From: an uncultured Bacilli bacterium
GTDB taxonomy: Bacteria; Bacillota_I; Bacilli_A; RF39; UBA660
Assembly: GCA_934096985.1 (NCBI GenBank)
Contig: CAKONC010000002.1
Span: 121,421 to 185,420 of the forward strand
Length of the DNA stretch: 64,000 bases
Direction of reading: 5' to 3'
Shown here: one piece after another, positions 56,161 through 64,000 of the stretch
How the letters are laid out: the number at the start of each line of letters is the position of its first letter
Numbering within the stretch: position 1 is the first letter of the stretch
Position numbers and translations under genes: made by a program
Notes under the pieces: generated by a model
What the model saw: the letters and a program-made list of their open reading frames with translations, nothing else
What the model was told of the DNA's origin: nothing
Database searches by the model: none

Positions 56161-57003
56161 TTAGTTTTTACAGTCATTTTCATTATACTTCATAGAATAG
56201 TCACCAACTAATATATTTTTATTATTTTTAGTAGTATTACATATTATCATGGCTATATCTTTATTTTTTGATTTATATATTTGAACTTCCCCATCTTGTA
56301 AAGTTTCTTTTAACTCTAACTTATTAGTAATATTTTTTATACCATCATCAATTGTTTGAAATGCTGTTGATAAATAAGTTTTTAAAGTTATATCTTTATC
56401 ATTTTCTTTAATATAAAATTCTTTGATGTTACCAGCTAAATAAATACTATTATTATCAGAGGTATAATATTCATTATATCTAATATCTGTATGTGTTTGC
56501 GGTTTTGTAATATAAAAGTCAAAATCATCACCAGAATTTAAATCTTTTTTAATAGTAAATTCCACGGCTACATTAAAAGTTTCGTATTGTCCTTCTTCTT
56601 TTTCATAATCAATACTTTTTATAATTCTATAAGTACCTTCTGGTAATTTTCCATAACCTGATTTCCAATTTAGTTCAATTTCATTACTCTCATTTGCAAG
56701 AAGGTGTAATGCTGGTAAAATGAAATCAAGTTGAGCATTTATATAATGCCATTTTCCATCTTTTTTTATCTCTATTGTATATGGATAACCATATTGATAG
56801 TTTTTATCACTATTATTAGTTAAAATTAAAGTTGCACCTTCATTTGTTAATGTACCCTCTTTAATAGACAAAATAACATCACTTTGTGAAATTTTTACAT
56901 CAGATACATTTCCTATATCAAATTTATTTTTAGAATTTTTGCATCCGGTTACTCCTAAAATCATAATCATACATATTAAAATACTTAATATTTTTTTATT
57001 CAT
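56161..57003 (-). CDS. Lipoprotein
   Basis: Signal peptide with lipobox (ILGVTGC). The mature part is beta-rich (Ig-like feel). No firm family. Confidence 0.7.
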   Translation of the reverse strand: MNKKILSILICMIMILGVTGCKNSKNKFDIGNVSDVKISQSDVILSIKEGTLTNEGATLILTNNSDKNYQYGYPYTIEIKKDGKWHYINAQLDFILPALHLLANESNEIELNWKSGYGKLPEGTYRIIKSIDYEKEEGQYETFNVAVEFTIKKDLNSGDDFDFYITKPQTHTDIRYNEYYTSDNNSIYLAGNIKEFYIKENDKDITLKTYLSTAFQTIDDGIKNITNKLELKETLQDGEVQIYKSKNKDIAMIICNTTKNNKNILVGDYSMKYNENDCKN

Positions 57004-57164
57004 TTTCAGTCCTCCATTTCAAAATTATAACTTCTTTTTATATTATATCATACTTTCTTTTCCTAAAAATAGAAATAGCAAAAAAAATTAAACTTGTGAA
57101 TAATTATTAAATATTATTAATATAGAATTTTACATTTTTTTAACATCCATATTAGTTGTAAAAA

Positions 57165-58382
57165 TTAATTATTATATTTTGGCTGTGCACACTCTTTTAA
57201 ATTAATGTTAAGTGACTTTAAGAAATCTTTTAAATATTTATTATCATCATCTGTAGTAAACTTATAACCCGTTCCCGAAGTAATAGTATAATTTGAAAAA
57301 TTTCCCGTAATATATGTATGTAAATTTGCATCTGTACTATGTCTAATAATTTCAATTAAATCAAAATCATATTTACCTTTGATTGAACCCGTATACTCAA
57401 GTACATCAAGACAAGTTTCCCACTTTTTACAAGACTTATATTTAGTATATAAAATATATTTATTGTTTTTATATACATCAAGTTTTACAGGAACGCATGA
57501 AGTATTTGGAGATTCAACCGAAAATAGTAAATCTCCATATGCTAAATCATCTAAAGTTATTTTATTTACATCTACATTTAGATAGTTATAATAGATATTT
57601 TTTTTATTTTCTACTTCATTATATAATTTATCAATGTTTTTATCTTTATCAAAATTTAAAACTTGATGAGCAATTATTTTAGGAAACATTCTTCTTATCG
57701 AAGAGGTATAATCATCACCATCTTTTGAGTAAATAATTTCCTGTAAAATATTATTTTTAAATACTGCTTTTATTGGCATCGAACTTCCCGAAGAAGAAGC
57801 TAAAGCACCTCCATATTCTTCATTTTCTATATAAAAACTTCCATTATAAATCCACATATATGCATATTTATATTGACCATCTTTTTCAATACCAAAACCA
57901 TAATAGCTATAAAATACATTAAAGTCCTCATATTTTACATCAGGATTTTCCTTAAATTCTTTCTTTTTAAGAAAGTCAATTACTTCATCATATAAATAAT
58001 TTGAATCATTTACTAAATTCACCTTCATTTTAAAATTATAAATTATTAAAAAACTAATTACTATTAAAAAGATTATTGAACTTATAGTAAATATCTTTTT
58101 ATTTTTTTTCTTCATTTTTTCTTTATCTTTTATCGAAGTTATAATTGCTTTTTCTTTAGCTTCATCACTATTATCTTTTTCTCCATTAATTAACTCTTCG
58201 ATACTTATATTTAGTTCATGACATATTTTTTTAAATAGTGAAACATCAGGAAAACTAATCCCTCTTTCCCATTTACTTACTGCATTTATACTTACGCCCA
58301 TTTTTTCTGAAAATTCACTTTGTGTCATATTTTTTTCTTTTCTCAAACTTGCAATGAATTTACCAATTTTTTTCTGGTCCAT
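57165..58382 (-). CDS. Membrane-anchored XRE-family HTH protein with a large extracytoplasmic domain
   Basis: KIGKFIASLRKEKNMTQSEFSEKMGVSINAVSKWERG, then a TM segment (IFTISSIIFLIVISFLIIY), then a ~290-aa C-terminal domain. Confidence 0.75.
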   Translation of the reverse strand: MDQKKIGKFIASLRKEKNMTQSEFSEKMGVSINAVSKWERGISFPDVSLFKKICHELNISIEELINGEKDNSDEAKEKAIITSIKDKEKMKKKNKKIFTISSIIFLIVISFLIIYNFKMKVNLVNDSNYLYDEVIDFLKKKEFKENPDVKYEDFNVFYSYYGFGIEKDGQYKYAYMWIYNGSFYIENEEYGGALASSSGSSMPIKAVFKNNILQEIIYSKDGDDYTSSIRRMFPKIIAHQVLNFDKDKNIDKLYNEVENKKNIYYNYLNVDVNKITLDDLAYGDLLFSVESPNTSCVPVKLDVYKNNKYILYTKYKSCKKWETCLDVLEYTGSIKGKYDFDLIEIIRHSTDANLHTYITGNFSNYTITSGTGYKFTTDDDNKYLKDFLKSLNINLKECAQPKYNN

Positions 58383-58455
58383 ATTATCACTTCCTATAAA
58401 AATATTATCATTTTAATAATTATTTTTACACACACTATTGGTTTAATTTTACTAT

Positions 58456-58700
58456 ATTTTAATATTTAATAATAGCAATATATAAAAAAATACCCAATCG
58501 GGTATTAATTCCAAACTAAATTATATTTTAAATTTCTTTTAAATAAATCCCAAAGATTGGCTTTTAATATAGTTTCATTAATTGTAATATCAACTTCATT
58601 TATTTGTTTACCATTACTATCACTTTGCCAATGATATCCCCTTTTTAATGGAACAATTGCTTTGTCAATATTTAGTTTATTTTTAAAAGTATTAAAAATT
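58456..58700 (-). pseudogene. Degenerate duplicate of the 3' end plus terminator of the dac gene at 60077..61222
   Basis: 58456..~58625 aligns almost base-for-base with 60028..~60195, including the terminator ATACCCAATCGGGTAT. Further in, the copy carries deletions and has no start codon. Confidence 0.7.
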
Positions 58701-58712
58701 TATTAAAATAAG

Positions 58713-59738
58713 TTAGTTAAATATATCAAAATATTGACTAACATCATAGCTATCTAAATTAGTTGCAATAATAGAGCATTTTAAGACTTTCTCTTCACGT
58801 TTTTTAATTATTATTTTATATTTAATACCTTTATCTATTTTCGGAGCATAATAGCAAGCATAATCACCAGAAATATATCCTATATGATTATGATTTTTAT
58901 CTAATACTTTTATAGCATTTGTATCAAACTTATTATTTAATTCTCTAACAATATATAATTCTTCGTTATCCTTTAATTTATCAACATATTGTTTTCTTTC
59001 TGCTAAAGTTATTCCGACTACAGTAATATAACAATTTAAACTGTTTGCTGTATTTTCCCAATTAGGAACCAAAGTACTATACTTTTTTTCTAACAAATAA
59101 TAAATATCTCTATCAATAACAACTATATTTTTATCAGGATATAATTCTTTAAAACGTTTCATATTTTGCAAACTTCTGTAATCTAAATTACCCTTAATCT
59201 CTATTAATGTTCCATCATTTAAAATCAAATCCGGCACATACATAAAAGACATATATTTATAATCACAATCATTTTTATCCAAAACAAATCCATCATTTTC
59301 ATATTTATAATCTATTTGCAAATAATTAAATAAACGTATTATATTTGCTTCCCATGAAGACATAACCTCTTCCTCAATATCATCACGTTTGCCTTTTTTA
59401 AATTCTATTTTATGCTCATTAATATTGGTACTACTTTTAGTACTACTTTTATTTATTATTTCTTGAAAATTACATTTTGGAAATCTTGCACAAACAATAT
59501 ATTCACCGAATCTAGCTTTTTTAATTAATAATTTTTTACCACATTTTGGACAATCCATTTTTTCATAAGTCACAGGAATATTTTCACTAGTAAATTTACA
59601 ATTTAAACATTGATATAATTTAGTACCTCTGCTGGTTCTGATAACTTTCATATTTTCATTACACCTAGGACAAAATACATCTTTTAAAATCATATTTTCA
59701 TCATCAACATGATGAACCTGAGTATTAACATATCTCAT
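58713..59738 (-). CDS. Zn-ribbon / PD-(D/E)xK nuclease-like / HIRAN domain protein
   Basis: Two CxxC...CxxC ribbons, the second topoisomerase-type (CPKCGKKLLIKKARFGEYIVCARFPKCNF). Central SSWE...YVPDLILNDGTLIEIKG. C-terminal ITVVGI...LYIVRELNNKFDTNAIKVLD..IGYISGD is HIRAN-like. Confidence 0.7.
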   Translation of the reverse strand: MRYVNTQVHHVDDENMILKDVFCPRCNENMKVIRTSRGTKLYQCLNCKFTSENIPVTYEKMDCPKCGKKLLIKKARFGEYIVCARFPKCNFQEIINKSSTKSSTNINEHKIEFKKGKRDDIEEEVMSSWEANIIRLFNYLQIDYKYENDGFVLDKNDCDYKYMSFMYVPDLILNDGTLIEIKGNLDYRSLQNMKRFKELYPDKNIVVIDRDIYYLLEKKYSTLVPNWENTANSLNCYITVVGITLAERKQYVDKLKDNEELYIVRELNNKFDTNAIKVLDKNHNHIGYISGDYACYYAPKIDKGIKYKIIIKKREEKVLKCSIIATNLDSYDVSQYFDIFN

Positions 59739-60027
59739 AAAACACCTCCATTATTATTTATTATACATTAGTTTTTGGTGTTTTTTATCATTTCATTTAA
59801 ATTTTTATATAAAATCGGAATTCTGTAATCAAAAACTCCACCTCTAACCGGACTTTTTTTATTTAATACAGATTTTAATTAGAATACGACATTTTCTTTT
59901 CATAATTATTTAAATGTATAAAAATATTTTTTAAATTGATTATAACTTCTTTAATATCTTCTTATAAATTAAATTTTCTTAGTTTGTTTTTTTCAAATTT
60001 GTCAATTTTTCTCTAATTCATATTAAC

Positions 60028-60420
60028 ATTTTAATATTTAAGAGTAGCAATACATAAAAAAATACCCAATCGGGTATTAATTCCAAACTAAATTATATTT
60101 TAAATTTCTTTTAAATAAGTCCCAAAGATTGGCTTTTAATATAGTTTCATTAATTGTAATATCTACTTCATTTATTTGTTTGCCATTACTATCAAGTATT
60201 TTAACCTTACCAATGATATCTCCTTTTTTTACTGGAGCAATTACTTTATCAATATTTAGTTTAAATTGATAATCACTTGGTTTATCACTTACATTTAAAA
60301 GTTCAATTGCATCATTTACTAATACAACATCAACACTACTTTTTTTACCATTTTGAACTTTTATTTTTCCTAATGAAACATTTTTATCCTTTATTAAGTT
60401 TACTTTAAAAGTATTAAAGC
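60028..60420. repeat. Direct-repeat partner (intact dac 3' end plus terminator) of 58456..58700
   Basis: See 58456..58700. Confidence 0.7.
60056..60077 (-). terminator. Rho-independent terminator of the dac gene (duplicated at 58484..58505)
   Basis: On the minus strand: ATACCC-gatt-GGGTAT followed by TTTTTTT. Confidence 0.65.
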
Positions 60421-61222
60421 CATAATTTAAAAGTTTTACTGTATCACTACTTCTTTTTTCTATTGATTCTTCACCCATTACAACACTTATAAGTCTTAAA
60501 TTATTTTTTTTAGCAGTAGCAGTTAAACAATAACCAGCATTTTTTGTATATCCTGTTTTAAGTCCATCTACTCCATCATAAAATCGTACTAATTTATTAG
60601 TATTGACAAGCCAAATTTGTGAACCATCTGGTTTGGTTAAATATTCTTCATACACTTTTGTAAAATCAAGAATTTGCTCATGTTTTAAAAGTTCTCTTGC
60701 CATAATTGACATGTCATATGCGCTTGAATAATGTCCTTCTTCATCAAGACCATGAACATTTGAAAAATGAGTATTTGCTAGATTTAAAATTTCAGCTTTT
60801 TTATTCATTGCCTCAATAAAATGCTCTTTTGAACCATAGGTTTTTTCCGCTAAAGCAACGACTGCATCATTTGCCGATGCCATAGCTACACCTTTAATTA
60901 AATCTTTAACTAAATAACTTTCACCAGGATTTAAAAATATTTGACTTCCACCCATTGAGGATGCCTCAGTACTAATCTCTATTTTATCATCAAGTCTTAA
61001 CGAGCCATCATCTATTTTTTCCATTATCAAAATTAAACTCATTATTTTAGTCATCGATGCTGGAGCTAATCTTTCATTTTCATTTTTGTTATATAACACT
61101 TTTCCTGTATTTTGATCTATTAGAATTGCACTTTTAGCACCTAATTCCATTTCTACAGCGTTTACATTAGTAAAATAAAATAACAAAAATAAAGTTAATA
61201 CAAATATAAATATCTTTTTCAT
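60077..61222 (-). CDS. S11-family D-alanyl-D-alanine carboxypeptidase (DacA/DacF type)
   Basis: Signal peptide, SMTK, SAND and KTGYT motifs, PBP5 C-terminal domain. The ATG at 61222 follows GAGGTG. Confidence 0.9.
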   Translation of the reverse strand: MKKIFIFVLTLFLLFYFTNVNAVEMELGAKSAILIDQNTGKVLYNKNENERLAPASMTKIMSLILIMEKIDDGSLRLDDKIEISTEASSMGGSQIFLNPGESYLVKDLIKGVAMASANDAVVALAEKTYGSKEHFIEAMNKKAEILNLANTHFSNVHGLDEEGHYSSAYDMSIMARELLKHEQILDFTKVYEEYLTKPDGSQIWLVNTNKLVRFYDGVDGLKTGYTKNAGYCLTATAKKNNLRLISVVMGEESIEKRSSDTVKLLNYGFNTFKVNLIKDKNVSLGKIKVQNGKKSSVDVVLVNDAIELLNVSDKPSDYQFKLNIDKVIAPVKKGDIIGKVKILDSNGKQINEVDITINETILKANLWDLFKRNLKYNLVWN

Positions 61223-61316
61223 AAACACCTCATACTAATTTTTATTATTATCTTTTTGAAAAAATTACTATTTTATTTTGAATTTATTAAAGCATTTGAT
61301 ATAATTTTTATGGAAG

Positions 61317-62900
61317 GTGATGATATTGAGAAAGAAAAAAGGAAAAGATAAGAAAGATAGCTATAAATCTTCAAAATGGCTACCGATATTTTTTATTATT
61401 TTCTTATCTATTTTTGTTGTATTAAGTAATAGTAAACTTGATAACGATTTATGGTATCTTCTTACCGAAGGAAGATATATATTAAAACATGGAATATTTC
61501 ATGTAGACCCACTATCTATGCACGAAGGCTTAAATGTAGTTGTTCAAAACTGGTTTTCAGCTTCATTTTTATGGATAGTTTATGACTTTTTCGGAGAAAT
61601 GGGAATACTTGCATTAATTGTACTTTGTAACGCTATGATATGTATATTAATTTATAAAATATCTTATTTAATAAGTGATGAAAACAAAATTTTATCTACA
61701 ATAATTATGTTTATTTGTGATTTAACTTTATTAACTCACTACATTGTATCTAGACCACAAATATTTAGTTATATTACTTTATTATCTCTTATTTATGTTT
61801 TAGAACTTTATATACATAAAAAAAATAAAAAGTACTTAATTTGGCTGCCAATTATTTCATTTATTCAAATAAATATGCATGCTTCATTATGGATAATGTT
61901 ATTTTTATTTATTTTATGCTATGTTATTGATTCAATAAGATGTCCTGCTTTAAGGCTTCAAGGGTATGAAAAAAAGCCATTATTTATTGCTATACTTATA
62001 TCAATTTTAGTAGGGTTTATTAATCCATATGGATATAAAGCAATAACATTTATATTTGGTTCATTTTCTGATACATATATGAGAATGTTTATTAAAGAAT
62101 TGTTGCCATTTAGTATAAATACTTCTTTATGTAAACATATGGCCATTATAATTTTAGCCATAGGACTTATTTATGTTTATTTCAGGGAAGGAAATATAAG
62201 GGTAAGATATATTTGCTTATTCTGTGGAACCATGATTTTAGGATTTATGGCATTAAAAGGATTTAGTAATTTTATCTTGGTAGCATTTTTTCCACTTGCA
62301 TATTTTTTCAAGGATATGTTGCCAAAAGATTTAGGATTTATTTTAAAACCTGTTCAAAAAGTAACTAATTATATTTTTATGTTTTTTTCAATTGTAGCTT
62401 TTGGAGCATTAGGATTTTTCTATGTAACATCAAAAGAAAATGTTGCCTTATCACATAATGCCGAAGGTGCAATAGACACTTTAGAAAAATATTATAAAGA
62501 TACGGAAACTGCTAAAGTATATTCATCATTTAATGATGGAGGATATGTAGAATTTCGAGGATACAAAGCATATATTGATCCACGTGCTGAATACTTTTTA
62601 AAGAAAAATAATGGTAAAGCCGATATTTTCAAAGAGTTTTACGATTTAGAACATGGTTCATTAGATGTACATAAATTCTTAGAAAAATATAATTTCACTC
62701 ATTTACTCGTAGCCACTGATGATTATTTATATAGTCATATTGACACTGACATTGATAACTACTTTGTTTTATATGAGAATACAAATAAAGGTTATAGACT
62801 ATATTCTCGTAACGACTTATTTGACAAAGAAGAAAGAGAAAAAATTATTAAACAATATAATAGTGTTGTCGATGAAGCAAAGAAAAAAGATTCAAATTAA
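61317..62900 (+). CDS. Polytopic membrane protein with a C-terminal soluble domain (GT-C-like architecture, unassigned)
   Basis: 527 aa with about 11 TM segments followed by a ~150-aa hydrophilic tail. The start is ambiguous (GTG 61317, ATG 61320 or TTG 61326). Confidence 0.45.
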   Translation: MMILRKKKGKDKKDSYKSSKWLPIFFIIFLSIFVVLSNSKLDNDLWYLLTEGRYILKHGIFHVDPLSMHEGLNVVVQNWFSASFLWIVYDFFGEMGILALIVLCNAMICILIYKISYLISDENKILSTIIMFICDLTLLTHYIVSRPQIFSYITLLSLIYVLELYIHKKNKKYLIWLPIISFIQINMHASLWIMLFLFILCYVIDSIRCPALRLQGYEKKPLFIAILISILVGFINPYGYKAITFIFGSFSDTYMRMFIKELLPFSINTSLCKHMAIIILAIGLIYVYFREGNIRVRYICLFCGTMILGFMALKGFSNFILVAFFPLAYFFKDMLPKDLGFILKPVQKVTNYIFMFFSIVAFGALGFFYVTSKENVALSHNAEGAIDTLEKYYKDTETAKVYSSFNDGGYVEFRGYKAYIDPRAEYFLKKNNGKADIFKEFYDLEHGSLDVHKFLEKYNFTHLLVATDDYLYSHIDTDIDNYFVLYENTNKGYRLYSRNDLFDKEEREKIIKQYNSVVDEAKKKDSN

Positions 62901-63136
62901 AATGAATCTTTTTTTAATAGTTTATAATAACCAATATTTTCTTCGTAATAATCGAGTTTTATTTGACCATCTTTAATAACTTTTCCAACATAACTTTTAG
63001 AAACATTTTTTAATTCCGATATCTCACTAAGTGATAAATTTTCATTATAATATAGTTCAAATATATTCCTTTGTTTTTCTGTAAACAAACATTTATAAAT
63101 ATTGTAAAGCTCAGAATAATAAATAAAATTTTCCAT
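62897..63136 (-). CDS. ylxM: YlxM-type (UPF0122) putative DNA-binding protein
   Basis: 79 aa. LTEKQRNIFELYYNENLSLSEISELKNVSKSYV is sigma-region-4-like. The start overlaps the ftsY stop (TAATG). Confidence 0.75.
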   Translation of the reverse strand: MENFIYYSELYNIYKCLFTEKQRNIFELYYNENLSLSEISELKNVSKSYVGKVIKDGQIKLDYYEENIGYYKLLKKDSF

Positions 63137-64000
63137 TATAATAAGTCCTTAAATAAACCATATATATAATTTTCAATATCAAAGTTTTCTAAATCCGTCA
63201 TCTTTTCACCCAAGCCAATAAACTTAACTGGAATATGTGTACTTTCTTTAATTGCTAAAACTATTCCACCTTTAGCAGTACTATCAAGTTTAGTTAATAC
63301 AATACCTGTTATATTGGTTATTTTTTGAAATTCCATAGCTTGCATTATACCATTTTGACCAGTATTTGAATCAATTACAAGTAATGTTTCATGTGGTGCT
63401 CCAGGAATGATTTTCCCTATTACACGATTTATTTTTTCTAGTTCAGCCATTAAATTTACTTTATTTTGAAGTCTTCCAGCAGTATCTATCAAAACTATAT
63501 CGTTATTATTTTTAACTGCTTCATTTAAACCATCATATATAACTCCGGCAGGATCAATATTCTCTTTTCCATAAAATGATGTTCCAACTCTTTCTGACCA
63601 AAGTTTTAATTGTTCAACCGCACCAGCTCTAAAAGTATCACCTGCAATCATCATAACACTTTTACCCATATTTTTAAATTTATAAGCAAGTTTAGCAATT
63701 GTGGTAGTTTTTCCTACACCATTTACACCAACCATAAGTATTACTGTAGGACCTTCGGAAGCATAATTAATTTTATCAGTTAAACTTTCACCCTCAACAT
63801 AAATTATGAAAAGTTCATCAACTATAACTTCATTTAAATATTTTGTATTTTCAATATGTTCTTTTTTAACTCTATCTTTTAGTCTATCCATAAAACTAAA
63901 TACTGTATTTACACCAATATCAGCACTTATTAAAATATTTTCAAGTTCATCAAAATATTCATCACTTACTTTTGTATATTTAATTCCAAGTAAATTTAAC
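63136..64000 (-). CDS. ftsY: Signal recognition particle receptor FtsY, C-terminal NG part (5' end outside the window)
   Basis: GVNGVGKTTTIAKLA, DTAGR, TKLD and GLGEK motifs. The frame stays open to the window edge beyond the track start at 63891. Confidence 0.9.
   Translation of the reverse strand, partial: LNLLGIKYTKVSDEYFDELENILISADIGVNTVFSFMDRLKDRVKKEHIENTKYLNEVIVDELFIIYVEGESLTDKINYASEGPTVILMVGVNGVGKTTTIAKLAYKFKNMGKSVMMIAGDTFRAGAVEQLKLWSERVGTSFYGKENIDPAGVIYDGLNEAVKNNNDIVLIDTAGRLQNKVNLMAELEKINRVIGKIIPGAPHETLLVIDSNTGQNGIMQAMEFQKITNITGIVLTKLDSTAKGGIVLAIKESTHIPVKFIGLGEKMTDLENFDIENYIYGLFKDLL

Noticed and set aside
59739-60027. The 338-nt leader of the HIRAN gene as a riboswitch or small-ORF attenuator: a 14-codon ORF (MKRKCRILIKICIK), and AAAACACC...GGTGTTTT pairing that could mask the SD.
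   Set aside because: The mini-ORF has no SD. The 8-bp pairing has a ~35-nt loop and is AT-rich. I recognise no riboswitch core. It is worth folding computationally but is not supportable by eye.

Overview
A very AT-rich, tightly packed window from a low-GC Bacillota-type chromosome (Clostridia- or Erysipelotrichia-like; I cannot name the species). Evidence for that placement: T-box leaders, sortase B, and spoIIIAH/gerE/gerM-like genes.

Most of the window is housekeeping:
- tRNA modification and aminoacylation: sufB (5' part), tgt-queA, ileS and thrS behind T-box leaders, dusB, lysS, an alaS-like gene, miaB, tRNA-Arg(UCU).
- Nucleotide and central metabolism: nrdDG with a divergent Crp/Fnr regulator, pduL.
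- Envelope: murC, murD, an LtaS-family enzyme, two S11 D-Ala-D-Ala carboxypeptidases, dgkA.
- Other: rmuC, rpsU-yqeY, ylxM-ftsY.

I saw no rRNA, CRISPR array, transposase or integrase.

The accessory content is the interesting part:
1. An unannotated two-peptide double-glycine bacteriocin operon at 38113..40880 (C39-peptidase ABC exporter, short accessory protein, two precursors under 60 aa). The ORF track misses one precursor and over-extends the other.
2. A class B sortase with a roughly 280-aa N-terminal extension, next to an NPNTG-anchored substrate.
3. A tandem array of three membrane-anchored paralogues with near-identical 5' ends and unrelated ectodomains, directly downstream of an ABC exporter.
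4. A 1.6-kb islet bracketed by a duplicated dac 3' end plus terminator, carrying a Zn-ribbon / PD-(D/E)xK / HIRAN protein.
5. A G+C-richer module in which a strong promoter and SD drive a 50-aa hydrophobic peptide whose predicted mRNA ends are complementary (type I toxin-like).
6. Gene decay and chimeras between about 48.3 and 60 kb.
7. Two conspicuous perfect palindromes in divergent promoter regions, at 9817..9836 and 54324..54354.

All calls come from reading the sequence and ORF translations by eye. No database search was run.
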